A stretch of DNA of 64,000 bases. It comes from Camelus ferus. Taxonomy: Eukaryota. Shown piece after piece: positions 50,890 to 64,000 of this stretch; position 1 is the stretch's first letter; every line of letters begins with the position of its first letter. Made by a program: the position numbers and the translations under genes. Location: assembly GCF_009834535.1 (NCBI RefSeq), contig NC_045696.1, positions 94,242,001 through 94,306,000 on the forward strand, given 5' to 3'. The notes under the pieces are model-generated. The model searched no databases and had not been told where the DNA came from. It was given only the letters and a program-made list of their open reading frames with translations.

Positions 50890-51974
50890 TTTTAGATTCT
50901 ACTCACTAGTGAGATGATTGTATGTTCTTAAAGTGGCATTAGGCAGAACAGGTGATCAGCCACTGACCATTGATAATCCAGTGTGTAGTAAGTACCAAAG
51001 GGAGTATTTGAAACAAAGCTGATGTTTTTGCTCATTAAATCAATTGCTTACTAAGGGAGAACTTGTAAGACAGTCTTTCTGAGCAAAACAGAGCTGAACT
51101 TATGTAGGGTTACCGAAACCATGTAGTCCCAGAGGCAGATTTCAGAAGCAGGAGATGTTGAAGGATCAGTTGCCCCTTAGTGATGGAAGTATCACTATTA
51201 TCAAGGATTGCTGATTGACTTTTTTCTGAGGTGTGTTTGCTGAAGTGTATTGCACTGATAGATTGGAACTGGTTTGTAGCAGGTTCTGGTGGTTACTTAT
51301 TGCTGTAGCCAGATAACAATCTGTGGTTTTAAAATAGGGCAGGAATTTTTTATTTGCAGCAGTATTACATCCTAAAGTTTACGAAGACACTTCAGAGGAT
51401 GGAACAAATACTTCATCTTACAGTCTCAAGGCTTCTGAAGACTATGTATGCAGCCTGATTGCATGGTATCCTCCAAAGTTGTTTGTGCTTTATTTTAAAT
51501 GATTGTAACAGTTTTACATTAATGAAATTATTAAACTATTGTATTACCCAGTATATAAAAAATAATATAGAATTCCTATTAAGGTAAATAATGTCTGACC
51601 ACTTATCTGTATGCAAAACCCATTCTTAATTCTAATTCAAGTCAGGGTTATTTGAGGCAAGGCATTTGAATTAAAAGAATTTTCTTCTTCACTTTTCTTT
51701 TTGATGTTGACTATTTTATCTTATGACATGCCTAGTGTATTAAAATAATCGAATGGAAAGAATGTTTCATGTTTCCCACTCCTAGATTTATCTTTGGGCA
51801 ACATTGCATTTTAACGATAAGGAATATTTTCATTTTTTTAGGGAGAGAGCTGCTAATTGTGCAGATAGCAGATAGTGGTCTGTCAAACTCTTGAGTAATC
51901 AGAGGCAATTAGACATACTTCTTTACACAGGTCTTTTTTGGTGGTGAAAGTAATCAAGAGTTCTGCCCTTAGAC

Positions 51975-52140
51975 TAACGTTTCTCAACATGTGATCCTTG
52001 GGCCAGCTGCATTAGCATTACCTGGGAACCTATTAGAAACGTGAATTCTTGGTCTGCCCACTCCACGCCTCCTTTCCCCCATCTGAGGCAGAAATGCCAC
52101 ATGCAAATTTTGCTAAATGCTAAAGTCTGAGGCATGCTAA
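51975..52140. mobile_element. MER5A-like fragment
   Basis: gtttctcaacatgtgatcc...cagctgcattagcattacctgggaacctattagaaacgtgaattctt. Confidence 0.65.
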
Positions 52141-52504
52141 ACTCTGAGGAGAGCTGCCCAGGACTGTGGGGAAACTGATGGTATCTGTCATTTCTTTCAC
52201 CTCTTCTTTTCTAACTTAACCAATTGTACGGACGTTGTAAAATTAAATGAAGTAATTAGAAGGCTCTTCTCTTCCCTATAAACTTATCCTGTCTGGGCTA
52301 TGATACACTGATGCACACAGATAATTTTCAATTATTAGAAGGGTGATTTATTTGGCTAGTGAATTACCCGTATGTTTGTGGTTTCCAATGGGACAGCAGC
52401 CAGCTCTTGGCTAGCAGTTATGCTGGTGGAATATTGCTAGGAACAAAATCAAGATCTGTCCCTTTACTGTTACCTTCCCTCTGCTTGCTGCTATCAACCA
52501 TAGA

Positions 52505-52981
52505 TGTAGTCAGAGTTCCAAAGAAACAGGATCAATGGGATAAGAGGAGAATTAGGGAGGAATTGGATTATACCATTGTGGAGGCCAAGAAATCCCATGA
52601 TCAGCTCTCTGCAAGCTGGAGAACCAGGAAAGCTGTGGTGTAATTCAGTCTGGGTCCCCAGGCCTGAGAATTGAGAGGCCAGAGGTGTAAATCTCACTTG
52701 AGTCAGAACCTCCTTAAAAACTAGGAGCGCTGATGGCTGAGGGAAGGAGAGTATGGGTGTCTCTGCTGGGCAGAGAGTGAGAATTCACCCTCCCTCAGCC
52801 TTCTCTATCTATTCAGACCCTGAACAGATGCCCACTCTTATCAGTGAGGGTGATTGTTTTTATTTAGTTTGCTGATTCACATGCTAATATCTTCCTGAGA
52901 CACCCTCACAGACACACTCAGATGTTATCAGCTATCTAAGCATTCCTTCACCCAGGCAAGTTGACACACATAATTATCACG
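52505..52981 (-). mobile_element. MLT2-family (ERVL) LTR
   Basis: ggaattggattataccattgtggaggccaaga...tgcaagctggagaaccagga...caggcaagttgacacacataattatcac. Confidence 0.82.
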
Positions 52982-53647
52982 CAAGTCCCGTATAATTTGG
53001 CCCTCTTGGCTTTATTTCCCATTATTCCCTAGCCCAGCTCATCTAGTCTTACGAGTTGGGGTGTGTATGTTTTGGAGTGGGGATGGTTAAGGTTATTTCA
53101 TAACAACATCATACTCATTTCCAACTGTATATTTTCATTCCTGTCCTTCTATATTTACCGAAGTCCTTTATTGCCCTCCCCCATCACTCATCTAATTTCA
53201 CCCATCATTGGTGGGAGCTCAGCATATCCACCCCAAAGAGGAAACTAAGTCTAAGGGGGGTAACTCAAGCAAAGCCCTAAGCATGAAGACTGACCACGTG
53301 GATAAATGAACACGGCCAGGCAGCAGCCTGGTGGGCACCAAGGACTGGGGCCCCTTTGGCAGATACAAGTTCTAGAAGCAGCAGAGCTCACATGGCCCCT
53401 AGTTGTCCGGTGAAGCCTAGGTATGGTCAGGAGGGACTGGAGACTGGCAGAGACCAAGCCTATAGGTTGATGACACCAGTGAATCCAGCTGACAGACTGT
53501 AAAGATCAGGTCCAGCCCCAGATCCTCCAAAACCCATTCTCTGGTCTCCCTCACTTTCACTTTTTCTTTTCCTTTTTTGACAGAAACATGTCCCACCTGA
53601 CAGTTCAGGACTGACTTGGTATCCTCCTCTGTGTCTTACATTGCCAT

Positions 53648-54006
53648 TGTATTGGTCTGCTCATGCTGCTAGAGCTAAACACCAGAGATTAGGTGGCTTA
53701 AACAGCGCAACTTTATTTCTCATAATTCAAGAGGCTGGGAAGTCCAAAATAAGGGTGTTAACCGATTTAGCCCTGGGTGAGGGCTCTCCTCCTGGTTTGC
53801 TGCCTTTTCTCTGTGTCCTCACGTGGCAGGGAGTACGTGTGAGAGAGAGAGAGCAAGTTCTCTGATGTCCCTTCTTATGGGGGCACTAGTCCCATCGTGA
53901 GGACCCCACCTTTATGAATTCATCTAAACCTAATTTTGTCTCAAAGGCCCCAACTCCAAATACCATCATGCCGGGGATTAGGGCTCCAAGAATTGACTCC
54001 ATAGCA
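53648..54006 (-). mobile_element. MLT1A-like MaLR LTR
   Basis: TGtattggtctgct...ggtggcttaaacagc...gaggctgggaagtccaa...ccatagCA; 5-bp TSD gccat/gtcat. Confidence 0.85.
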
Positions 54007-55114
54007 GTCATTTTGAAATTCATACTATTGTTGTATCCCCAGTGAGCTTTTGCAATGGTTGAATTTTGCTGGCTGTTTGATAGCCATATCCTATGTATAG
54101 TAGATGAGCCTAGATTTTTAAAACATTGAGTAAGTATTTTTCTGTAAATCTGGACCATTGCCTCTTAAAGTTTCTGCTGTATGATTAAGCGTTTACTTGC
54201 CTTGTGATTCATTGTGTTTCCTCTGGAGAGGTAAAAAAGGGCTGGACACAGCATCACTAAAAGCAGCCTTGTTCAAAAGGCCAGGGATTGCAGCATAGCT
54301 CCCTTTAAGATTTGCTTGCAGATCTGAAATTAAAAGCAGATAAATTGAAGGTTGCTGATTTTTTTTTAATCTAAAATAATTCTTCTTTCCTGTGCCTTGT
54401 TCACTCAGGATCTAGCCCTATTTCTAGGAAAGCCTTTCAACAGCTAACACAAACCAATTAAAGAATAGCGTTTACTGAGAAAACCCTACATGCCAGATTC
54501 ACCTTGCTACATTAATAGCTAGCTGGAATTACCTCTCTTAGAAAACTCAGATAAAATCCCCATCCAATTTAGAGGCAGATAAGTGGGGGAGATATTTTGG
54601 ACACACGGGCCAAACCATACCATATGGAAATTAAAAACAAAGGTCTGCAAAGAGACCTTCCTCCGTACTCAGAAGAACATATATTTCTCTTTCTACCTGC
54701 TTACATGTTTCAGTTGAAAAACAAACTCTCCTTGTGTTCCAGTGTATACACTTGGTTGGTTATGTAATGGGGTTGTGCTTTCTCTTAAATATGAACTAGA
54801 GATTCTTGAACAAAAATTGTAAAAATTTTACCAGATTAATAAAAATTTCACATTTTCCCCAAAGGGCCTTTTCCTTACTTATTTTTATCAGCTTGAAACC
54901 CTCTTGAGAATATGGTGAGCTCTATTTCCTCACTGAGATACCACAGCCTGGAGTCTGGCAGCCTTTCCACCATCTACCACCCACAGAGCTTGATTTTTTT
55001 CTTTTAAGTTGTTTTCCTCAGTGTAACGAGACCAGTGATTTCTAATAGCAGTCACGTCCAAGTTTCTTCTGGAATTGTCAGCTATGTGTCTACATGTTAT
55101 TTTCCTGCTGTGTT

Positions 55115-55425
55115 TTTTTCTTTGTTACATTCTGAAATTTATATTTACTAGAGAGTTGCAAAAATAGATTTTCTATGTATGTTTCACTCAGCTTTCTGTA
55201 ATGTCAACCATGGTACATTTATTAAAACTAAGAAATTAACACTGGTGCAATACTGTTAACTAAATTCCGTATTTTGTTTGGTTTCCTCAGTTTTTCTACT
55301 GACATCTGATCTGTCTCAGGATCAAATCAAAGATGCTGTGTTGCATTTAGACATCATGTCTCCTTAGTCTCCTTTATAACAGTTTCTCTGTCTGTCTTTG
55401 TCTCTGACCTGGACATTTTGTGCTG
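55115..55425 (-). mobile_element. L1MC-type 3'UTR fragment
   Basis: aaaactaagaaattaacactggtgcaatactgttaactaaa...gttgcatttagacatcatgtctccttagtctcc. Confidence 0.7.
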
Positions 55426-55749
55426 TTTTAAAGTTCTTTCCAAGTGCACCTTTTCACACATGCAAGATACCATTGAGAAGAATTATTTACATATACTTAA
55501 ATAATTTCCACATGGTGTTTATGTTCAAAAAGCCTTGGAAGGGGCGAAGTAAAAAACCTTGAAAGGAGCAAAGTATTTGTTGAATTGAAAAAAAAAAAAA
55601 AGGAATTACCAAGGAAGACGTCAGCCCTTGGTGTAACTGCCTTTTCATTTAGCTTTCCTGCTTCTAGTATCACTGTAAGTGGGTACAGTGGCTGTGCCTC
55701 AAACATTCCTGAACATTCAGAATCATCTTAGTGTGTGAACTTATTATGC

Positions 55750-56392
55750 AGTAGTTGTATCGAAGATTGCAGAATCTTTTGCATAAATTGCAGACTTGTT
55801 AGCATGACCTGTTGAGGTCTCCTGATCTGGCTCGCACCCACCCCTCAAGAAGCACCTTGAGCTATTCCTGACCACCTGTGAGTCCTCTGTGGTTGGCAGC
55901 CTCAGAGAGCTCCCAGTAACTCCCATGTCCTTTTCTTTATGCCCCTGTGTAATCTACAATCCTCTCCCCTTGAGTGTGGGCTGAATGTGACTGGTTTCCT
56001 AGGAAGAGCATATGATAGAAGTAAAGGAATGCTTTTTCTGAGACTGTTACAACAACGACTGTGGCTTCTGTCTTGGGTGTTCGTTCTTTCATTTGAGGGA
56101 GGCCAGCCACCATTTGTGAGTTGCCCTAATGAGAGGCCCACTTGAGAAACTGGTGTTACTGGCCAGTAGCCAGTGAGGACCTGCGCCCTCCTGATAGCCA
56201 TGCAGGTGAACCTGGAAGCAGATGTTTTCCAGCAAATCATGGAGATGGCCACAGCCCTGGCCTGCCTTTGGATTCCAGCTCTGGAAGCGACCCTGACCCA
56301 TGCCTAAACTTCTAACTCACAGAAGTGGTGGGTTGTAAATGTTTGTTTAAAGTCACTGAGTTTTAGGGTAGTCTTTAATACAAAACTAAATG
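55750..56392 (+). mobile_element. MLT1E/F-like MaLR LTR
   Basis: tctccccttgagtgtgggctgaatgtgactggtttc...gccaccatttgtgagttgccct...ctcacagaag...tttaaagtcactgagttttaggg. Confidence 0.75.
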
Positions 56393-59300
56393 TTCTATGC
56401 AACTGGACTACCTAGAATATCCCACATTAGCTGTCTCTTCTCTTACCTTGGTTCCTAGATGTTCAGTTAGACAGAGATTTGGGAATTTAATCCATATTCA
56501 CTAAGCCCCTACCAAAGGCCAGGCTGTGTGCTAGGTGTCTGGACCAAGGACAACAAAATACAGTTTAAAGAATCCACAATTCAGTAGGAAAGACAATGAT
56601 GTTGGCTACTAGTAAGATGTGGTAAGTGCTGTAGGTGAGGAATGAATATATTTCTGTGAATTGAGAGAGAGGAGTAGTTACTTGAGAAGCAAAGGAGTAC
56701 TAAGAAATTTCTGAACTGGATTTTGAAGGTTAGTGGGGTTTTATTACATAGGAAAGGCAGCAGAGGGAAGAATGTGAACAAAGGAGAGTGTGGGAGTGCA
56801 TGCTGCTTTGGGGGATGGCATTTATGATGGTGTGCTGGGATGGAGGTGTGGAGGATGGGCCTCATAGTGAAAGAGAAGACTGTTTTCCACTCTCCTCCCT
56901 GACTGTTAGACTCTTGTCAACCCCTCCAGACCCAGCTCAAATTTCACTATTATTTTGAAGCCGTCTCTGACTATCCCTGCCCTTAATGATCTCACCCATT
57001 TAATTACTTATTGTCTCATATTCTTAAAGTGCTGCCCTAGCAAACTCTTTGGAATGGTGATCAGTGTCTTTTCTTCTGTGTGCGTATCAAGAACATTGCT
57101 GAGCTAGTAAAGCTAGATCGATCCTTATGGATTAATTGAAGATGTTATTTAACTTCTGTGATTCTTTTGAAGTCTAAGTTAAAATGATTATGCTGAATAT
57201 ACAGACACAACCAACAGCTGTAAAGCTGAGACATGTGCCTGACACGTGATGCTGAGAATGCCAACACAAGGGAAGGGTCAGTGAAATTTCAGCTGATGTT
57301 CAGACACATAGTCTTGGTGTCGGTAGGCACATGAAGACTTGGCTGTGGGAAGAGCACAAGGAAATGCGCAGATGGGACTGAGTGCTGCAGAGAGGGGAGG
57401 CCCCAGCCTAACTGGAATGGAGCTTTATTCAGGGAGCAGTGTGAGAGGTGATTGGGTGGCTCAGTTGAGCCCAACTGAGATGTAAATCCTGATGAATGAA
57501 AAGAGAAGCCATTTGGTACTGGCCTAGGTGTCCTGTCCCATGGCTCTCAGGAGGAATTTTATACAGTTGTAGCCCCGAGGGTTGTTTATCCCTCCCAACG
57601 TGCACATTCTGGAGGATACACATCACTCTTACCTGCCTGTGAACTCTTATTAACAGAGTCACAAAGCCCTGAACACCCCACAGGGTATTTCAGGGAATTG
57701 CAAGTGGTGTTCTCCCCGAACTCACAAGTGAGTCTAAGCAGTTACCACGTGGCATCCATGTTTGCTCTGTTTCTCTTTTCCCAGACCTTCCACCCTCTCC
57801 CTCCCATCCCGTCCCTACTGCAAGGACCACCACTCGCTCCTTCTGGCTCCTCCCTGGCCTGCTGTGTTCCCCCCTCTCATAGAACATTAAGGAGGCTTGT
57901 TCTGGGTGGGCTGTCACTGCTGCCTCTGATGGATGGGGCTCAGGGCACTCAAACTTCTGGCCATCTGTCGTAATCTTTGTAGTCATGTTCCCTGTGTCAC
58001 CTGTGTGCTGCCTTGTTGTTTTATAGACTAAAAGGAAAAAAGTTATCTCAACTTCTACTTTGAGTTTTACACCCTTCTACTTCCCAGGGCTTAGTCATGA
58101 GTCCAGCCAAGACTAAGCAGAACAGGGGAGGGAGCTGGACCTCAAGAAAAATCTTAGTGATAAATTTGATGCTCTGTTCATATTTTCTTCTTTCTCAGCA
58201 CTAAGGCTGCATTACTCTTATCGAGTGTGTTGTCTGATCCTCTTTAAGGATTCTGCAGTAGTCCCTCCATAGACTTTCAGTTGGTTGATCAGATATTCTC
58301 TGGCTTCTCTAAACTGGTGAGGAACACAGCTGGGGCTTCAGCCAGGAGTGCAGCTACACCATGCTCATTCTGAACAAGGAGTGCCAGATGGGGAGGGAGT
58401 TGTGCAGCCCAGATAGGGACAGGACAGCAGAGACAAGAGGGAGACTTACTATGTGTTGGGATGGATAAGGGAGAGACGATCTACATGGATTCTGTAGACA
58501 TGGGTCTGTTGCCTTTGCTTGACATCATTTTATTCATTCTTGGCACGTGCTTGTATTGGGAGGACCATTTAAAGTGAGAGGTAAGCAAGGGACTAAAATT
58601 GTTAAAATACTGATTTTATGATAATCTGACAGGTATGCAGTATGATTTAAACTAGAACAAGCAGGAAGAATAGCTAGGAAATTAATGAAATGATCCAGGT
58701 GTGGAGTGACGAGCATTTTTGGTATGTCCCTTGCCTGTCAGGAAACTCAGAATTAAGTTTTGTAGCTGTCATGTATCAGATTTAGAATATGATTACCTTT
58801 CCTTTTCATTTTTCAAATTATATACATACTTCCTTTGCCTTTTGGTCTTTTAGGTTTTATTTTCCTCATAAGCTTCTACATATTACTTTTTAGAAGTAAA
58901 TAGGCTGTAAGTAATAAAAATGTATGAATGAGAGAAAGGTTTATTGCTAGTAATGGCGAGATGGGAGATGAATGATGCTTATTTGACATGAAGCCTTTAC
59001 AAAGGACTGGGTTAAGAGATGTCACCTAGTGGATGAATGGGGACTGGGAGTTTGAAAACAAGGTTAAGACGACATTAGTAACCTCTAAGCTTCAAATGAG
59101 AAGCAGCTGGGGCTGTGATTTCAGCAATTATTGTTGAACTCTAAGGATGTGTTATCTCCACACCCACTTTCAAGGACAGTGATCAAAACTGGAAAATGGC
59201 CTGAGGTATACAGGGCTCAGTAGGACTCTGCTCGTTTACAAGGCTGGACAGATGGAGGCGTAGGAAGGGTGGTGTGATGCGAGTTCCCAGGCAGCTTGCA

Positions 59301-59429
59301 CTGAGTGGATGCACTCCTCCTTACCATAGAGCAGTGCCTGTATGGGCAGCGTAGTTATGTGCTAGGTGTTGGAGCTTATTAGTGAGGACTCTTGGTCTTC
59401 ACAAGCTTAAAGAAAATACAGAATGATGA

Positions 59430-59909
59430 AAGATGAGCAAACAGAGAAAAGTATAATTGCCAAATCCTGGAGGATACAGCACAAGAATTTGTAAACCCAT
59501 CTGCCTGCAGGGTCCGGACAGAGCATCTAAATGGGCCAAGTGGGCAAAGTGCAACACAAAGAGGAGAAGTAGAGGGAGGTGGAATGAAAGCCCCAACTCT
59601 TTAATCATAGGGTTGGTTCCCTTGGCGACCAGCCCCTGCCCCCACACCCTTAGGTGCTTTCCCCAAATCGCCACATTAACATAACCACCAGTTAATGGTG
59701 GAAAGGGGGGTGTTATAAATAACAAAGACACCCATTTCACCTTTGTGGCTCTGAAGTGTATTCAGAAACCGAGGACAAGAGATCCAATATTATAACAAAA
59801 GATGGTCCCATTGCTCTTAGTGCTCAGGAAATTCCAAAGGCTTTGAGAGCTATGAGCCAGGGACCTTGAAGGAAGACCAAATATGTATTTCTTACAAATC
59901 AATATAGCA
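59430..59909 (-). mobile_element. MER21-like LTR (left boundary uncertain)
   Basis: ccaatattataacaaaagatggtccc...ctcaggaaattccaaaggctttgagagct...aagaccaaatatgtatttctt. Confidence 0.7.
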
Positions 59910-61597
59910 GTTGAGGGTGAGGGCTAGGAGTCTGGATTTATAATAAAGACATGAATAACCCTTTTGGTATAAGGCCAGAAAGAATGTAGCTGCCACAGAT
60001 TTTCTGTGACAACTAATCCCAAAGTCGGGTGGGGGGAGTTTAGTCAAATGCATGTCATTTAACATTCACCATACGTGTGAAAGACTATTTACAAAACCTT
60101 CCAGGTTTCCGAAGTTTTAGATTATGGGATGTGAAGTCATTTTCAAGTTTCAATCCTAGTTTTGTTTTCCGGTTATAACAATATTTATATGGTTACTATG
60201 TGCTAGAACATATAGTCAATCTTCTACAGGCATTATCTAGATTATTCTTTGTGAGACCTCTGAAGTAGTTGTACATTGATGTGAAGTAACTTGCCCAAGG
60301 TCATATGTCTAGGTAAGTGGTGGCATCGTGATCTGGAGCCAGACTGGCCCCACGAGACTGTGAGCGTCACTGTGCAACTGTCTCCATTAATTTGACCATA
60401 ACAAGTTTCTAACTTTCTTTGAATTGGGTGGAGGAGGAGGGAGGGGATCAAAGGTGGTGATACACACCAAACAAGTGTTTTGTGAATGTATATAAATGTA
60501 TGAAGAATAGATGTTTTATAAACTGTGAGACAGTTGTTGGCTTAATTGGCATTTACCTGGCAATAAGCTCCAGCGAAGTTGCTCAGTGATTTCACTTTTG
60601 ATGGTTCTATTTTTCTTAATTACTCCTCATGTAAAATTCTACCTATTAATTGATTCCCACCATGTCCATTCAAAAGGAAAACTCTCTTGCCCTTGACCTT
60701 CCGTTCTAGTCACTGCTGACATCTTAATGTGCCCACTTTAACCTCTGGGATCAGCTGGGGATGAAGATGAGAGACCTAGCCCACCTGAGGCCCCTGTTCA
60801 CTGAGTGATTATTTAACTGCTGTTTTATGAGCCCAACACTGGAGAACTTCCCTTCTAAATGGTGAACATTTCTTCCTATGGGATTCTAAAATAAAAAATC
60901 ATGACAGACTGCTGAGCATATATCCAGAAACACTGAGTTAAAAGGAAGAACTTTTACAGAATGGGAAAACTTTGTCCTAACATGATTTCATCTGAAATGT
61001 TACATTCTTGGACTCTCTAGGGGAGAAAAAGGCAATAGAAACAAATGAAAGAATACGAATGGAGACGAGGAATCCAGCCAAGCAGTAGGTCGCCATACAG
61101 AAATGCAGAGAATGGTTTCTGCTGGTCAAAACAAAACCCTGTCAGAGGAGCTAAGCCAAGACAGGTACCACACATGATGGAAAAATCAATCTGTGTGAGG
61201 AAGAAAAGTAGGACATGCTTTCTTTTCTCTTTCTAAATGGCTCGATAACTACACTGGGTTAGCAAAGAAAATTACTTCCTGGTATTGGTTGGCGTAGTGA
61301 TAGCAGGTCACTGGAAAAATAACCCCCTCTTCTTCGTTGTCTTTTTCATACTTTTGAGGAGGTAAAACAGACATTAGGGAAAGGGGTAAAAACCAGGCTG
61401 TAACAGCAAATAGATGTCTTTTGAGCCTGATTTTATGCTGGACTATGAAGTGGTCTGGAAATTGCTTTTAAGGATTTAGACCTGACAAAAATATTTCAGT
61501 ACATCAAACCCAAGAATCCCTGGTCCTTTGGTTTATCTCATAATTAATAGAAAACCATTCAGCAAAGTTTTAAACTATTTAAACATGGTGGAGAATA

Positions 61598-61785
61598 CTT
61601 TTTTATTGTAGTATAGTCAGTTACAATGTGTCAGTTTCTGGTGTACAGCCTGTTTCAGTCATACATATACATATATATATTCATTTTCATATCCTTTTTC
61701 ATTAGAGGTTACTACAAGATATTGAATATAGTTCTCTGTGCCATGCAGAAGAAATTTGTTACCTATTTTATATATAGTAGTTAAT
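61598..61785 (-). mobile_element. Short lineage-specific L1 3' tail
   Basis: ttgtagtatagtcagttacaatgtgtcagtttctggtgtacagc closely matches 30870-31050. Confidence 0.85.
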
Positions 61786-61904
61786 ATATTGCTGCATCTT
61801 TAAAAGACATCTCTAATGTAAAATACGTAGAACTCAAATATGATGCTCCTTTCTTCAGTGATTATTGTACATAAGCCACAGTGTCAGGTACTATAATTCA
61901 GAAG

Positions 61905-62450
61905 ATGTCAGTTCTTTAAAACCTTTCTGCATCTTCCCATTGAACTCAGGATAAGACCCAAACTCTGACACTGGTGCCCTGTGATTTGGCCTCCACCTCT
62001 CTCCCACTTCATCTGGACCACTCTCCCGCCAGCCGCCCTGGCCTCCTCCAGCACCTCACCCATTCCAAGCCCTTTGCCACTGTGGGTCCTTTCCACTTGC
62101 TGTTTCTTCTGCTTGGAATACTAACTTCCTGTTCCTGTTTCTTTACAGGTGGCTCCTTCATACTCCTCAGATCTCAACTTAATATCCTGTTCTCAGAAAG
62201 GCCTCCCCAGATTCTCATTTTAAAATAGCTTTCCCATCCTGCCATCGCTGGTTCTGCCACAGCATGCTTCTGTTCCGTTCATGGAACGTGTCACAGTCTG
62301 CTGTTTTTTTCTTGTTTGTTTGTTCCCCATCTATACTGTCGACTCCATGAGGGCAGGGACCTTGTCATTCTTGTTTTCTCTTGTATCAGATCCTAGAATG
62401 CTGCCTCGCACACTAGACATATGCTACTTATTTGCTAAATGAAGAAATGC
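61905..62450 (+). mobile_element. L2 3' region
   Basis: aaaacctttctgcatcttcccattgaactcaggataagacccaaact...ctccatgagggcagggaccttgtc...tttgctaaatgaa. Confidence 0.8.
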
Positions 62451-62949
62451 AGGGAGTGGAAACTTGTATTTCTAGAACCCCACTTTTACATCAAGCATTG
62501 TACTAATTACTATCTGTTTACATAGTTATTGTGAGATAAATTCTATTTTTTTCCATCTCACTGATGAAAAAAGTGGAAACTTAGGTCTTACAATGGTACT
62601 AAGTCCTTAAGGAATGCCCAGCCTAATTATATCATTAGAGAGTAAGCTCATTATGCAATGGATCTAGATTTGCTGTTCTTCTACTGTGGCATGTTGAAAT
62701 TTCATATAGCACTACGACGTACTGAGAGCTTTGAGCAGGGTGGGAAAGAAGGGGGTCTTGGTGGGGAAAACAGATGAGCCAACAGATTTTGTGCTTGCTT
62801 CCCATCTCTCCCTCTCCTGCCTCCACTCCCATCAAAAATGGAGTGTCTCCATGGAGCCCTTACCTTCAGACTTCTCCATATTATTTTCATAGGTGACACT
62901 GATGAGATAAATACTTTCTCTGATCATTTGACCAAATGTGCTAAGAAAG

Positions 62950-63720
62950 CATGTCCCAAAATGTCTCAAAGTTCTCTTCCCCTCCATTCCCACTAGTCCT
63001 ATTCTAGTTCCAGTCATCTTCATCTTTCTATTGTCTTCCAGTTTTTTTGACTTGTCCTCTGTCCTTCATTCCTATCACCATCCTTTCCACTCCATTCCCT
63101 GCACACAAGACGTTTTGTTCTAGAGCACAGATCTAGTCATGTTGTCTTTCTCCTCTCAGGTCATCAGTGGCTCCTCTTTGCTTATGGTGTAAGTCTGCAG
63201 TCTTCAATATATCATCTGAAGCCTTTGACAACGGAGTCCCTTGCTGTTCCAGTTCCCTTCCTGTTATATATTATGGTCTTGCTTTAAAAGACTTTTGCCT
63301 GTGGTCTGTGAGTGTCATGCCAGCTCATACCCTTGTCCCTTCTTGTGGACCCCCTGTCTCCTGGAATGCCCTCTCCCCACTTCTCTATGAAGTTCAGCTC
63401 AAAGATAACGTCCCATTTGAAGCTTTCCTGAACTCTCCTCTATTATCCCTTTTTGCAAAGAAGATAATTTTCTTCCAGCCTTACTCCCATGACAGTTCAC
63501 TTAGGCATCTGTTAGAGCTACAGTTATGATACTTTATTTTTAAAATTGTGACAAGTTTTGTCAGCAGAATAGAATTGTTTAAGTCATGGTGATAGCTACT
63601 TTTCATTACATTCTGTTCCATATCTTCACTTCGTAGACTCTGGTCCCATGGAGCACGGGGACACTACGTTATTCCTCTTCATGACCTTAGAACCCACCAC
63701 GGCACCTGGCAGGTTATTGT
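62950..63720 (+). mobile_element. L2 fragments
   Basis: cacagatctagtcatgttg...tcagtggctcctc...cctggaatgccctctcccc...tcagctcaaa. Confidence 0.6.
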
Positions 63721-63739
63721 ATGTTACCATTTTTTTCCC

Positions 63740-63935
63740 TGGACTGTAGGAATTTTTCTAGGCACTTCACATATGCTGTTTCATTCTTACTGCAGTCCTT
63801 TGAGGTGGTCATAATGCTGCCATTATGATAAGATAAGGAAACATTGTGATAAGATAAGAAAACTGAGGTTAAAAGGAATTTTTTTTCTCAGGGTTAGGGT
63901 TTGAAGTGATGTATGTACTTGACTCCAACTGTGTT
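63740..63935 (-). mobile_element. MIR with internal short duplication
   Basis: ctaggcacttcacatatg...cattatgataagataaggaaac...aaactgaggtt. Confidence 0.6.
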
Positions 63936-64000
63936 CTTTTTCATTGTGAAATATTTCCTTACATAAATGGATCAAATATGACATCATTTCCTCTTCAATA

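Noticed and set aside
53391..53412. CTCF-like motif (minus cggacaactaggggccatg)
   Set aside because: Several mismatches at core positions; cannot be supported without a PWM scan or ChIP data
1..64000. CRISPR array, operon or other prokaryotic system
   Set aside because: No regularly spaced repeat-spacer array or long ORFs; sequence is mammalian. The 17-bp repeat pair at 41046-41103 is a target-site duplication

Overview
Mammalian, AT-rich, repeat-dense genomic DNA with no recognisable protein-coding gene, rRNA, functional tRNA or prokaryotic system. Three copies of a tRNA-derived SINE with the camelid (Vic-1-like) head suggest a camelid genome (alpaca/llama/camel); this is an inference. The window contains many L1, L2, MIR, MaLR/ERVL LTR and hAT/Tigger relics. 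The non-repeat highlights are (i) a small CpG-rich promoter at ~28.4-28.8 kb with NRF1, YY1 and E2F-like motifs and splice donors pointing in both directions, and (ii) a cluster of three minus-strand exon-like segments at 8.8-9.7 kb that splice in frame into an unrecognised 85-aa ORF. Mobile-element highlights are a 24-nt tailless U6 retrocopy with a 17-bp target-site duplication, a young CpG-rich 297-bp solo LTR nested with an L1 tail inside one MER63, and several other nested insertions. Repeat family names come from my recollection of consensus sequences, and boundaries are approximate unless a TSD is quoted. Most ORFs in the supplied track are decayed L1 fragments or chance ORFs.
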